In this document: positions 8,459-18,358 of the stretch, in pieces
Position numbering within the stretch: the stretch's first letter is position 1
Layout of the letters: each line of letters starts with the position of its first letter
DNA from: a bacterium
Lineage (GTDB): Bacteria; Patescibacteriota; Minisyncoccia; Phycocordibacterales; UBA6899
Reading direction: 5' to 3'
Assembly (NCBI GenBank): GCA_043743715.1
Contig: JAYTWK010000013.1
Coordinates: 5,268-69,267 of the forward strand
Length of the DNA stretch: 64,000 nt
Notes under the pieces: generated by a model
What the model was told of the DNA's origin: nothing
Database searches by the model: none
The model's input: only the letters and a program-made list of their open reading frames with translations
Position numbers and translations under genes: made by a program

Positions 8459-9406
8459 CTAATGCATAGAGTCGCCTCCATGCATCATGGTTCTCTCAGA
8501 AGAATCGTTTGGCTTAGAGTTTTGCGTGACAGGCACTACAAAGTCGGTTGTGAAGACTTTCCCATCTCTCTGAAATTGCGTAAAGACTTTGTATTTTCCA
8601 GCTTCAGGAAAATCAACCATAAAACTGACTTCGCCAGTCTGGGGTCGATTTACATCCTCCATCGGATGAGCATGAATGAAATCAAGATCGTTTTCCCGCA
8701 AGATAACGCTGTGGCCTAGTGCGCCAAGGTACTCTTCGAGATCAGTGATCGGCTTGCTATTTTGTTTAAGGCTGAAGCTCATCGCAACTTCCTTTCCAGA
8801 AACAGGTGGCTGGTCGAATGAAAGCGAAACTTGGTAGTCGCCAAAAGTTTTATCATTCTCTGCTGACTTAAGTGCGACTGGAGTGTAATTTGCACCAGTG
8901 CCAGCTGATACATCCTCTGAAATCGTGACGGGAAGCGGCATACTGTTTGAATTTTTTGCGCCTCCCGTAGGAGCAAAGTCGGCGAAAATGCGATACATAC
9001 CGTCAGCTGGCAACCTTAAGTCTTTAAGCGTGAATACTCCCGTTGCGTGACTAAACTCCGGATGTACGTGCTGGAAATTAGCAAGGTCTTTTCTCACCAC
9101 AATTACGTGCATTGGCTTAGTGTGGGTAATCTCGAAGTTTTTCAGCGTATTGCCTTGATCATCCACAATAGAGAATGAATATTCGTTTGGAGCGTTAACT
9201 GAATAAGTTTTGCCATCGGAGTTGGTCTTCATACAATACGACCGATGACTCTGAATTGGCATGGCGTCGGTAAGTGTGCCATTCGAGCCACAGTAAACAC
9301 CAGCGTTTGTCGCAACATCGGAAGGTGCAGTGTTGCTCATAGCAAACACCGCAACTCCTCCGATCACGACCAGTCCGATAATTCCTAAGATGATTTTGTT
9401 GTTCAT
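8459..9406 (-). CDS. Secreted or membrane-anchored protein with two repeated His-containing domains (putative periplasmic metal-binding accessory of the efflux operon)
   Basis: N-terminal signal anchor. Two similar modules contain HVHPEF and HAHPMED. Last gene of the RND operon. Confidence 0.35.
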   Translation of the reverse strand: MNNKIILGIIGLVVIGGVAVFAMSNTAPSDVATNAGVYCGSNGTLTDAMPIQSHRSYCMKTNSDGKTYSVNAPNEYSFSIVDDQGNTLKNFEITHTKPMHVIVVRKDLANFQHVHPEFSHATGVFTLKDLRLPADGMYRIFADFAPTGGAKNSNSMPLPVTISEDVSAGTGANYTPVALKSAENDKTFGDYQVSLSFDQPPVSGKEVAMSFSLKQNSKPITDLEEYLGALGHSVILRENDLDFIHAHPMEDVNRPQTGEVSFMVDFPEAGKYKVFTQFQRDGKVFTTDFVVPVTQNSKPNDSSERTMMHGGDSMH

Positions 9407-9455
9407 ATGCTGTGTTGTTATTATACTTGTTTTCTATTTTTCTCCCCATAGATTG

Positions 9456-12400
9456 CTATTGATGCGTTCCATGCTGACCGCGCTTCAGGAATTTCTCAAG
9501 GCGTGGCGCATCATGGTGTCTGAAGTGGTAGAAGATAGACGGCGTGAAGATGAGCGATACAATCGTTGAGCTGATAAGTCCGCCGAAGATGACTACCGCG
9601 AGCGGGTGGAGCAGCTCCTTTCCTGGCTCTTGCGATCCGAGGATAAGCGGAACGAGCGCAAGCGCGGTCACAAGTGATGTCATCAAGACTGGCACCACAC
9701 GATCGAGTGTTGCCTGCACAACAATGTCCTTGGTCACGCCATTATCGTTATTGTGACCCACAAGATCAAGCGTATGGCTGATGAGGATGATGCCGTTTCG
9801 TGAGACGATACCTGCAAGCGAGATAAACCCAACGAGGTGCGCGAGGTTAATTTCTCCACCAGTAAGCCAGACTGATACCATTCCACCAAAGATGGCGGAA
9901 GGAATGTTGAGCATGATTTGAAGCGCAATTGGAATCGATTTGAAGGTTTGATACAAGACCCAGAGAATTAAGAGCAATCCGACTCCAAAGAGAATCCCCA
10001 GGCGGTTACTATTTTCCTTCTGGCTTTTGTAGGTACCTTCGTACGATATGAATTGACCTTGCGGGAGCGTTGACCTGTCGAGTGTTTGTTTTACTGACTC
10101 TACTGCGCCAACAATATTGCCGCCCTGATAGTTTGCGCTTACGACGAGTACGCGCTTACCACCTTCATGACTAAATTTGTTGCGCCCTGCATCAAGGCGA
10201 AGTTCCGCAGCGTTACCGAGTGACCCCACGTTCTCAAATGGGAGGGAAAGATCGCGAATGCCGTCGCTGTTTCCTCGCCATGCAGGATCGTACCGAAGTG
10301 TGACATCCGTGCGCGCTGGTCCTTCCTGCACTTGTCCAACACTTACGCCCAAGAGTCCCTGTTCGAGCTCTTCAGCAATCTCACCACTCGAAAGTCCTTG
10401 ATCGGCAAGACGGTTACGGTCTGGATAGATACGGAGTTCTGGAAGCAAGACCTCTTTTTGGACTTGTGGATTTTGCACGCCTTGCTGCTTTGTGAGTAGA
10501 GTGCGTATAAGCTCCGCTGTTGATTTAAGGTCTTTGAGGTCATCGCCATACACCTTGATGACAATTGGTGCACGGACTCCTGAAAGAAGTTCCTCGACGC
10601 GGTGCGTAATAGGCTGTCCGAGAGAAAAGTCAGCGCCTTGAAAACGATTAAGTACCGTTTGGACTTTTGCGAACAGGCTTTCTGTTTCTCCCTCTAGACC
10701 CTGCTCGAAGGTAACCTGTATTTCGCTTACGTTTGCACCACTGTCGTGAGGATCGGCACCTGCTCGCCCTGTAATGTGTCCTACCCGCAGCACACCATCA
10801 AGTTTTCCAATCTCTTTTTCAACACGGGATGCGAACGCGTTTGAAGTCCCCAAGTCTGTTCCAACAGGAAGTACGACTGAGATGGTCGCTGATCCCTCAT
10901 TGAAAGGAGGAATACCTTCTTTGCCTGCAACGTAATACATACCGACCGTGAGAAGAATGCCGAGCCCGGTCGCTATAAGGAGCGCCTTTACGTGGTTGAT
11001 TCCCCAACGCACGAAGAATTCCATTTTTTGTTTTACGTAGCGCACGAATCTTGTGTCGCCCTCGTGTCCAGTAAGACTTTTTGGTGTAAGCAAGAGAGCG
11101 CATAAGACTGGCGTAATCGTCACTGACACAAGAAGCGATGCAAGAAGCGCCACGAGATACGCCGCGCCAAGAGAGGAGAGCAACCGCCCTTCAACGCCTG
11201 GTATGAAGAACACAGGAAGAAAAACGATCACGACCAACACGGTCGCAATCATAATGGAGCTCAACACCTCTCGCGTACCTTCAAAGACAACGCGATGAAG
11301 AGGTTCGTGCATCCCGTTCTTTTTCCACTCTCGCAGTCGTCTGAACACGTTTTCAACTCCGACAATGGCATTGTCGACAAGTTCTCCAACCGCAACAGCG
11401 ACACCGCCGAGCGTCATGACGTTCACGCTAAATCCAAGAAGTTTGAATACGATCGCCGTGACGAGAATGCTTAGTGGGATCGATACTAATGTGATGAGTG
11501 TCACGCGCCCGTGCATGAGGAAGAGCGCGAGTATGAGTGCAACGACCACAATACCTTCAAGGAGCGCCCTTTGCACATTGTTGAGTGCTGCATTGATGAA
11601 CCATTCTTGCCTAAAGAGATCGTTTTGGAGCACCACCTCTTTAGGAAGAGATTGACCGATTGCTGCCAAAGCACTATCGACTGCCGTTGTAACTGCAAGC
11701 GTTTCTGCGTCGGGTTGCTTTGCTATACGCAGTACGACCCCAGGGTTACCGTCAATTGTTGCCGCACCGCGCACTGGACTTACTCCTTCTTGGACGACAG
11801 CTACATCAGCAAGTCGAATTCCGCGGCCATTCCATGTAGTGATTCCAATCTCCTCAAGTTCTGCGATATCTTGTGGGGCGACCAAGATGCGGAGCGGATA
11901 TTCTTTACCACCCTGTACCAAAAGCCCACCACTTTTATTTGCTAGTACTGGCGATAATTTTTGTTCAACATCAGCAATGGTGAGTTTGTATCGACGCAAC
12001 GCTTCTGGATCGAGGTTCACTTGCCATTCTTTAACGTCACCACCAAGAACAATAATGTCACTCACTCCGGGGACGCGCAGAAGTGCAGGACGTACAGTCC
12101 AGTCTGCAAGTGTTCGAAGTTCAGTGCCAGAAAGCGTGCCTTTCTCCGATGTGAGTCCGACCCACATGATTTCTCCCATGATCGAGCTCACAGGGCCAAG
12201 TACAGGGCGCACCCCCGCAGGGAGTTCCAGTCGTCCAATACGTTCCTGAATAATTTGTCGATTGCGATAGATGTCTGACCCCCAGTCAAATTCAGCCTGC
12301 ACGATGGCAAGACCAAATGACGCAGTGCCACGCACACGCGTGACACCCGGTGCACCCGCAACAGCATTTTCAACAGGAGCGAGTACAAGCCGCTCCACTT

Positions 12401-12578
12401 CTTCGGGCGCAAATCCTTCTGCTTCGGTAAATATTGCGACGGTCGGCTTATTAATGTCTGGCAGAACATCCACTTTCATAGTCAGGAATCCCCACACGCC
12501 GAGTGCAGACACTGCAAGAGTCGCGGCCACAATTCTCCACGAATGTTGTAGCGAAAATTTAATGATTTTGTGCAACAT
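9456..12578 (-). CDS. Heavy-metal efflux RND transporter (CusA/CzcA-like)
   Basis: About 1040 aa, 12-TM RND architecture. The N-terminus MLHKIIKFSLQHSWRIVAATLAVSALGVWGFLTMKVDVLPDINKPTV is typical of CusA/CzcA. Start placed at ATG 12578; the ORF track extends to 12656. Confidence 0.8.
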   Translation of the reverse strand: MLHKIIKFSLQHSWRIVAATLAVSALGVWGFLTMKVDVLPDINKPTVAIFTEAEGFAPEEVERLVLAPVENAVAGAPGVTRVRGTASFGLAIVQAEFDWGSDIYRNRQIIQERIGRLELPAGVRPVLGPVSSIMGEIMWVGLTSEKGTLSGTELRTLADWTVRPALLRVPGVSDIIVLGGDVKEWQVNLDPEALRRYKLTIADVEQKLSPVLANKSGGLLVQGGKEYPLRILVAPQDIAELEEIGITTWNGRGIRLADVAVVQEGVSPVRGAATIDGNPGVVLRIAKQPDAETLAVTTAVDSALAAIGQSLPKEVVLQNDLFRQEWFINAALNNVQRALLEGIVVVALILALFLMHGRVTLITLVSIPLSILVTAIVFKLLGFSVNVMTLGGVAVAVGELVDNAIVGVENVFRRLREWKKNGMHEPLHRVVFEGTREVLSSIMIATVLVVIVFLPVFFIPGVEGRLLSSLGAAYLVALLASLLVSVTITPVLCALLLTPKSLTGHEGDTRFVRYVKQKMEFFVRWGINHVKALLIATGLGILLTVGMYYVAGKEGIPPFNEGSATISVVLPVGTDLGTSNAFASRVEKEIGKLDGVLRVGHITGRAGADPHDSGANVSEIQVTFEQGLEGETESLFAKVQTVLNRFQGADFSLGQPITHRVEELLSGVRAPIVIKVYGDDLKDLKSTAELIRTLLTKQQGVQNPQVQKEVLLPELRIYPDRNRLADQGLSSGEIAEELEQGLLGVSVGQVQEGPARTDVTLRYDPAWRGNSDGIRDLSLPFENVGSLGNAAELRLDAGRNKFSHEGGKRVLVVSANYQGGNIVGAVESVKQTLDRSTLPQGQFISYEGTYKSQKENSNRLGILFGVGLLLILWVLYQTFKSIPIALQIMLNIPSAIFGGMVSVWLTGGEINLAHLVGFISLAGIVSRNGIILISHTLDLVGHNNDNGVTKDIVVQATLDRVVPVLMTSLVTALALVPLILGSQEPGKELLHPLAVVIFGGLISSTIVSLIFTPSIFYHFRHHDAPRLEKFLKRGQHGTHQ

Positions 12579-12582
12579 AGAT

Positions 12583-14280
12583 TTATTCGTCGTGAGTATG
12601 TCCATGACCGTCACCATCCGGAGTCGACGTTGCGTCCGGAATGGCTGCTTCTTCAATCTTCATACCCTCGATAATATTTTCAGACGCTTGTGGGACGTAC
12701 GTATCCCCGAGCGCGAGACCTTGGAGAATCTCCACCGCATCACCAAATGTGCGTCCTGTTTTTACAGCACGAGAGGTGATGACCCCACCATCTCCAACCA
12801 GCCATACGTGCGGATGATTCTCTTCGTCCCAAAATACCGCTTCAAACGGCACTGCAATTGTTTGCGACGTCCTTTTCTCAGGCACCACGCGCACAGACAA
12901 ATGTGCAGGCCACTCAAGTTCTCCGTCAATACGCGCATCAGCCATGAAGGAACCGTTTCCATCAAGTCCTGTTCCTACACCGGTGATTATTGCGCTTCGA
13001 ATATCTTTGGAGAATCCCGGTCTAATGATCTTTACTTCCTGACCCTTTTTTGGGATTTCCACATTGCTTGGGATACGAAAGCGAACGATTTTGTTCGTCA
13101 GTACTCCAGAACTGATCGATGCGACAGCGTTGCCTGGTTCTGCATACTCACCAATCTGTCGCGTTATCGCCGAAACATAACCGCTCTTCGGTGCGATAAT
13201 CGCAGTGCCGCCTGTTATTGCGCCAGATACGGCACTATATGAGGCTTCAGCCGCTTCAAGTTCGCTTTGCGCGACTATGCTCTCGCGATCAAGTTCCGTG
13301 AGTTTAGTCGAGGTATCACGGGTGCGCTCTGCATACTCTTTTTCTTTCTCTGATACCGTAAGCGCGGCAGCTCGATATTTTTCAACCGCATCATTAAACG
13401 CAGCCTGATCGTCGGTAATTTTCTTTCGCAGCGATTCAAGATTTGTTTGAGTAAACGCCTCCCCATTCGCCACGCTTGCCGATACAAGTCGCGTGGACGC
13501 CAAGAAATACTCAGCGCCTTCTTGGTCAGGCACTCCATTTTTCTCAAGTGCACTTACGACTGTTGTAGCTGCGGTAAGATACATGTCTCTCAGACTCGAA
13601 TTTGTTGCACCAAACCACCAAAGCAAGGTTTGAGCGTAGAAATTGGCTGTGGAAGAGAGTACGTCTCGACTGTTTCCCGAGTAAGTCGAATATTCCGTGA
13701 CCACCGCCTGGCGCAATGTTGCTCGTACGGTTTCTTTTGCCGCAAGAACGGATTGCTTTGCTTCGTCTATGGCGCGTAGCGCGGTGTCGCTCGAAGTAAA
13801 TGTAGACAGTTGGTCTTTCGATTGTCCCACGAACGTCCGAGTCGATTCGGCTTTTGCTTTTGCTTGGGCAAGTAGGGTGGATTGTCCGGCAAGTGTTGCG
13901 GCTAATTCCGGCGTGAGGGGCACAGCCGAAAGTCTTCCGAGTGTCTGTCCAGCTCGAACATATTCTCCAATAGATACATCCCAAGAGACAATGGTGCCTT
14001 GTCGCGGTGGTTGTACATCGGCATCATTGGGGGAGATAATTTCTCCCGGCCATGATGCGAATGTCGCAAACGCCTCACTTTCTGAACCTATTGTTTGAGT
14101 TGTGGGATTGATTTTTGTATCTGTCGAAGTAGCAGTTGTTGAATTGTTTGATGTAGGCAGGTTCAGTACTCCAAGAGTCACGACAAGTACCAAGAGTATC
14201 CCCGAGGCAGCATGCGTTGCGAGAGGGAGCTGCTGAAACTTACCCCATATGCCAGTAGCAACGTTTCGTAGTGATTTCAT
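12583..14280 (-). CDS. Efflux RND periplasmic adaptor (membrane fusion protein, CusB-like) with a His-rich C-terminus
   Basis: Biotinyl-lipoyl-like and beta-barrel regions (GTIVSWDVSIGEYVRAGQTLGRL..., ...TGRTFGDAVEIL). The C-terminus is PDGDGHGHTHDE. Start placed at MKSLRN (14280); the track's longer N-terminus overlaps the next gene. Confidence 0.75.
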   Translation of the reverse strand: MKSLRNVATGIWGKFQQLPLATHAASGILLVLVVTLGVLNLPTSNNSTTATSTDTKINPTTQTIGSESEAFATFASWPGEIISPNDADVQPPRQGTIVSWDVSIGEYVRAGQTLGRLSAVPLTPELAATLAGQSTLLAQAKAKAESTRTFVGQSKDQLSTFTSSDTALRAIDEAKQSVLAAKETVRATLRQAVVTEYSTYSGNSRDVLSSTANFYAQTLLWWFGATNSSLRDMYLTAATTVVSALEKNGVPDQEGAEYFLASTRLVSASVANGEAFTQTNLESLRKKITDDQAAFNDAVEKYRAAALTVSEKEKEYAERTRDTSTKLTELDRESIVAQSELEAAEASYSAVSGAITGGTAIIAPKSGYVSAITRQIGEYAEPGNAVASISSGVLTNKIVRFRIPSNVEIPKKGQEVKIIRPGFSKDIRSAIITGVGTGLDGNGSFMADARIDGELEWPAHLSVRVVPEKRTSQTIAVPFEAVFWDEENHPHVWLVGDGGVITSRAVKTGRTFGDAVEILQGLALGDTYVPQASENIIEGMKIEEAAIPDATSTPDGDGHGHTHDE

Positions 14281-14290
14281 ATATGTTTGG

Positions 14291-14515
14291 TTAGTCGTTA
14301 TGAGGAGCTTGTCCTCCATCGTCGTGTGCTGCTGGGGTTGTGGTGGCATGTGGCGTCTTGGTGTCATCGTGTGGCGTTGATTCAACATGCTGTGCTTCAG
14401 TGTGTCCATCTCCTGTAGTGTGTAGGGGTGTACTTGAGCGTCCAATTAGGGTGTAGGCAATAAGCCCTCCGACAACGACAATGGCGGCAATAATGATATA
14501 GAGTGATGTGTTCAT
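14291..14515 (-). CDS. Small single-TM protein with a His/Asp-rich tail (putative metal-binding)
   Basis: MNTSLYIIIAAIVVVGGLIAYTLIG followed by HTTGDGHTEAQHVESTPHDDTKTPHATTTPAAHDDGGQAPHND. Confidence 0.35.
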   Translation of the reverse strand: MNTSLYIIIAAIVVVGGLIAYTLIGRSSTPLHTTGDGHTEAQHVESTPHDDTKTPHATTTPAAHDDGGQAPHND

Positions 14516-14608
14516 AGTTTTTGTGATTAGTGAGTGCAATAAAAAGCACTCAAACTTTTTAAGTAATAAGAAAACGCATAACACACTAAGGTGCCTGCGT
14601 AGAAAAGC

Positions 14609-14989
14609 CTAGATCAGAAGGACTGTTTTTTGATCTAAGGGCAGATCCGCTGGAATATCTGACTCGTCCTGGGGTGAGAGCGATTGATGCTCTTCTAGAA
14701 TCTTAATATCAAAAAAGGCAACGGGTGCGCAGGAATGAAAATGCTGATTCGGAGTATGATTGTTCGTCGTACGTTGACTTACCGCTTGATGAAGTTCGGT
14801 AGGGCACGGGACATGATCATCAGTGTCCGGTGCATGAGGTGTCTCGTCAACATGGACACCCACATCCGCACTGGCAATTCCTGCATCGGTGAGAAATGTA
14901 TGGCTAAACGTAAAAGAAAATACCGCCGCAAGAAAAACGACTCCCAGAACCTTTCTATATTCTTTGGCGAAGCGGAACATTATTGCCAT
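14609..14989 (-). CDS. Membrane-anchored His/Asp-rich protein, first gene of the efflux operon
   Basis: Signal anchor VLGVVFLAAVFSFTF followed by HVDETPHAPDTDDHVPCP...HFHSC. Confidence 0.3.
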   Translation of the reverse strand: MAIMFRFAKEYRKVLGVVFLAAVFSFTFSHTFLTDAGIASADVGVHVDETPHAPDTDDHVPCPTELHQAVSQRTTNNHTPNQHFHSCAPVAFFDIKILEEHQSLSPQDESDIPADLPLDQKTVLLI

Positions 14990-15155
14990 ATTTGCACATA
15001 ATTACTCAACTGTACAATTTTTGTAAACTACCCTGTGCCAAGAGCGCAGGGCGTTACAGACGGAAGAGCTTGGGTTAGTTTAGATTCTGACCGGTACCCC
15101 AAATATTGCACACCTTCCTCTGCGATATTAGCAGCATAAATCGTGGAATAAGGTC

Positions 15156-15287
15156 ATGAAAAAGTTCCGCATCGCGCCCGAAGTTAAGGCGCAGATTATC
15201 AGCCGCATTAAAAATGATGGTATATCAGTTGCCCATGCAGCCAAGGATGCTGGTATTGCCAACAGTTCCTTGTTGCAATTCAGGTGA
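15156..15287 (+). pseudogene. IS3-family transposase OrfA N-terminal (HTH) fragment
   Basis: 43-codon ORF MKKFRIAPEVKAQIISRIKNDGISVAHAAKDAGIANSSLLQFR* closely mirrors IS3/IS911 OrfA (MKKRFSEEQIIAIL...GVSVAELCRKHGISDATFYKWR). Truncated by a stop codon. Confidence 0.45.
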
Positions 15288-15335
15288 GAATTAGAGCCTC
15301 CCCATTAGCTCCGGTCGTCGTGATATAGTTTCGTT

Positions 15336-16607
15336 ATGAGTAAGAAAAATCTGATACTAGCTCTCGTTGTTATTGTTTTGGCAATCCTGTCTTATTGTGT
15401 ATATTTTTCCATACAAGAATCCTCACTTAGTGTGAAGATGTATCCTCCAAGCTGCGATCCTTCAAAAGTCGATTGCTCGAAATTTACTCCTGATGGTACG
15501 CTTTTTGTGCGAGAGCCTCAACCGGAAAATCCTACAAGTACAACTCAAGTAGGACAGATTGATGAACATTTGTTTATAGATAACGCGCTGAAGGAAGTAG
15601 AGTTTTGTGGCAACTCTTACCGCGTGAAACAAGTCTTAATAAATGGGGTTGATGTTATGCAGCGAGTGGCGGAGCTGGCAACAAAGAATTTATTGCCAGA
15701 AACTTTCAAGGTGGGGCCATACCTGCCACCCATGGACGAGTGGAGAATAGTTTCAAATAAAAATGGGGAAGTGGCAAAAGCAATTTGTGAAAACATCCAA
15801 AATAACACTGTTGGCGAAATTATTATGGTGGATGTTTTTACAAATACGTACCCAAATACAGATATTGGGCAGAAAGAGCAAAAAACATATCAAGTATCTG
15901 CGCCAGGCTTTCATGTTGTTGTGAACTCTTCAACAAATGAAATTTTTACTTCCAGTGATTATGATGGAAGTGTGATAGGTCCTCTGGGTAAATTAGAACA
16001 AGTAAACTCTGCAACGACAACAAATCTTGGCCAAATTATCGTAGCAGGAAAAGATGCGATAGATAATAACGTTGATAAATGGAAGACATACACAGATAGC
16101 AGATACGGATTCCATTTTATGTATCCGAATTACTTTGGTGACTTATATAAAACTCAACCAGAGAGTAACCAAGCAGGTATTTTTGTGGCAAAAGCTGCCC
16201 ATGGTGGATATGAAATTAAGTACAAGGGTAGTATAGAAGCACTTTCGTCGTGGGTTGCTGACATTCAAAATACTGTCGGGCTACTTCAGGTAAATATATA
16301 TGACCTAAATTCCTATAGAATTTCAGACGTGTCTAGTGGAATTGAGTTCTCTTATGATGCAAACAAGAAACAGTGGTGGCAGGATAATGGGCAAGTTCGT
16401 GCAACTTCAACACTTATGAAAGTCAAAATCGGAAAGAGTAATCTTGTTGGTTATAAAATTCTCATCGGAGATGCTGGCGAAGGATTCGAATACAATCTAA
16501 TTCCATTAGCCGATAAAAAAGTAATGTTGGAGGTGGTGATATACAAAGGGATGGGTGGTATTCAAAATTTACCGATAGATAAGATTTTATCCACATTCAG
16601 AGAATAA
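15336..16607 (+). CDS. Hypothetical membrane-anchored extracytoplasmic protein (423 aa)
   Basis: N-terminal TM helix LILALVVIVLAILSYCVYF. No recognisable domain. Confidence 0.5.
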   Translation: MSKKNLILALVVIVLAILSYCVYFSIQESSLSVKMYPPSCDPSKVDCSKFTPDGTLFVREPQPENPTSTTQVGQIDEHLFIDNALKEVEFCGNSYRVKQVLINGVDVMQRVAELATKNLLPETFKVGPYLPPMDEWRIVSNKNGEVAKAICENIQNNTVGEIIMVDVFTNTYPNTDIGQKEQKTYQVSAPGFHVVVNSSTNEIFTSSDYDGSVIGPLGKLEQVNSATTTNLGQIIVAGKDAIDNNVDKWKTYTDSRYGFHFMYPNYFGDLYKTQPESNQAGIFVAKAAHGGYEIKYKGSIEALSSWVADIQNTVGLLQVNIYDLNSYRISDVSSGIEFSYDANKKQWWQDNGQVRATSTLMKVKIGKSNLVGYKILIGDAGEGFEYNLIPLADKKVMLEVVIYKGMGGIQNLPIDKILSTFRE

Positions 16608-16767
16608 AAAAGTTCCCCAGCAGGAAAACTTTGGGTGCTTTCTTTGTTTACTGAAACAGAATGTTGCTCGTGTTATTTATGAGGCGCGCTTGTGTCGAAC
16701 AAATCTGAAACCGGTACTGACCGTGTAACGGTCGAAACTCCTCCCATCTGCCACCCTGAAAATTGCC

Positions 16768-17928
16768 TTAATCTTTTTTGACTTGGAGAAGCACCAAGAT
16801 GCCGAGTATTATCAAAATGCTGCTGACCGCTAATGCTGTAGCGGGTCCACATACTTGCCATAGATAACCGCCCATGACTCCTGCACCGAGAGCACCAAAT
16901 CCCGACACAGCATTAAAAAGCCCATAGGCGCTTCCACGTTCATGCTCGCTTGTCATCTGAGCAAGATATGAGCGGCTGACACCGTCTGAGAGTGCTTGAT
17001 AGAGGCCGAGGAGCAAGAAGCTGAAGACGAGAACGGGTACCGTATCGGCAAAGCCGACTATTATGTACCCTAAAATAAGCGTTAGGTAACCGACAATGAT
17101 CACAATGCGCGGTCCTCGCTTGTCGCTCGCGTTTCCGGCAACCACAGAAAGGCCTGCGTAGGTCACATTGTAGATGGAATAAAAAAGAGGAATAGAAGCG
17201 AGAGAGAGGCCTAGCGACTGTGTTTTTAAAAGCAATATGGCAACGGGTATTGTTCCGAATGAGAGTAGGAATAGTGAAGCCAAGTAAATCCTTACTCGAG
17301 GAGAAAGCACTTTGATGCCCGAGACACTCAGAAGCTTTGAGCGCACTGCTCCTTTCACATCGTCGACAAAGAGAACGGTGAGGATGGCGAGAAATCCCAG
17401 TACGAAGGCTGTCATAAACACATACGCAAAGCGGTCAGGAAAAGCCTGGAGTATGAAATACGCAATGAATGGGCCGATGATCGCACCGGCAGTGTCCATC
17501 GCGCGATGATAGCCAAAGGAGCGCCCCAGCTCTTCTTTTGGTGAAGCGAGAGAGATGATGGCATCACGAGGAGCTTCACGAAACCCCTTGCCGATACGGT
17601 CGACAACCCGAAGTCCTATCATTCCACCTACACTCGCAAACATCGTATAAAATGGACGAGAAAGAACTGAGAGGGTATAGCCAAATAGCACAAACACTTT
17701 CCGCTTCTGCATTCTGTCAGATAGGTAGCCTGAATAGATTTTGACTACATTCGCAAAGCCATCGGCTACTCCTTCGACGATTCCAAGTGCGGCCGCACCA
17801 GATTTAAGTACTGAAATGATAAAAGCAGGGAAAATAGCAGTAACCATTTGTGACGAAATGTCATTGAAAAAGCTCGTGATACCAAGCAAGAATATGTTAC
17901 GTTCGAGTCCGAAGTATTTTTTATTCAT
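16768..17928 (-). CDS. MFS transporter
   Basis: About 12 predicted TM segments. MFS-like motif region ...GYLSDRMQKRKVFV.... Start at MNKKYF. Confidence 0.75.
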   Translation of the reverse strand: MNKKYFGLERNIFLLGITSFFNDISSQMVTAIFPAFIISVLKSGAAALGIVEGVADGFANVVKIYSGYLSDRMQKRKVFVLFGYTLSVLSRPFYTMFASVGGMIGLRVVDRIGKGFREAPRDAIISLASPKEELGRSFGYHRAMDTAGAIIGPFIAYFILQAFPDRFAYVFMTAFVLGFLAILTVLFVDDVKGAVRSKLLSVSGIKVLSPRVRIYLASLFLLSFGTIPVAILLLKTQSLGLSLASIPLFYSIYNVTYAGLSVVAGNASDKRGPRIVIIVGYLTLILGYIIVGFADTVPVLVFSFLLLGLYQALSDGVSRSYLAQMTSEHERGSAYGLFNAVSGFGALGAGVMGGYLWQVCGPATALAVSSILIILGILVLLQVKKD

Positions 17929-18087
17929 TATGAGGAATAATAACATAGGACTTAGCAAGGGGTTGAAATTCGTGGCGTGGGATGATTAGAGCCGTGCCTT
18001 ATGGCCAAATAGCGTCATGGGTGCTCGAGACGCGTCGAGAAAGTATGCTAAACTATCATTAATCCGTCAGGCAGGGCAGCACTCCGA

Positions 18088-18161
18088 GGACGATTAGCTC
18101 AGTTGGTTAGAGCATTGCATTCACATTGCAGGGGTCACAGGTTCGAATCCTGTATCGTCCA
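18088..18161 (+). tRNA. tRNA-Val (anticodon CAC)
   Basis: Cloverleaf folded by hand: acceptor GGACGAT/ATCGTCC, D-stem GCTC/GAGC, anticodon stem TTGCA/TGCAG with loop TTCACAT, T-arm ACAGG-TTCGAAT-CCTGT, discriminator A. CCA is not encoded. Confidence 0.85.
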
Positions 18162-18209
18162 CAATATAAAAACACTCGTTTTGGGTGTTTTTATATTGTG
18201 GACGATAGG
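18153..18209 (+). terminator. Long hairpin overlapping the tRNA 3' end (tatcgtccacaatataaaaacac / gtgtttttatattgtggacgata)
   Basis: 23-bp inverted repeat whose left arm includes the last 9 nt of the tRNA. Likely a transcript-end structure, or a remnant of a site-specific recombination site. Confidence 0.45.
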
Positions 18210-18296
18210 AAGCAATCTGCTTTGCTTCCGGCAGGATTCGAAAGGGATTTTGCTATTGAGCATGCTCAATCAAAATCCACCCGCGGCGGTGGCCGA

Positions 18297-18313
18297 GAAT
18301 CCTGTATCGTCCA
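18297..18313 (+). repeat. Duplicated tRNA-Val 3' end (gaatcctgtatcgtcca)
   Basis: Identical to tRNA positions 18145-18161. An inverted copy of the T-loop (ggattcgaa) lies at about 18232. att-scar-like. Confidence 0.5.
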
Positions 18314-18358
18314 GAGGAGTTTTGCACGTTTCCTATAGAGATGTGCTACCATTGCAAA

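Noticed and set aside
12271-13242. 323-aa plus-strand ORF, and many other 60-340 aa ORFs antisense to the RND pump, periplasmic adaptor, hsdR (4559..5578 minus), FtsZ (23185..23820 plus), EF-G and others
   Set aside because: They lie entirely inside strongly supported genes on the opposite strand and have Ser/Arg/Pro-rich, low-complexity translations. They are shadow ORFs.
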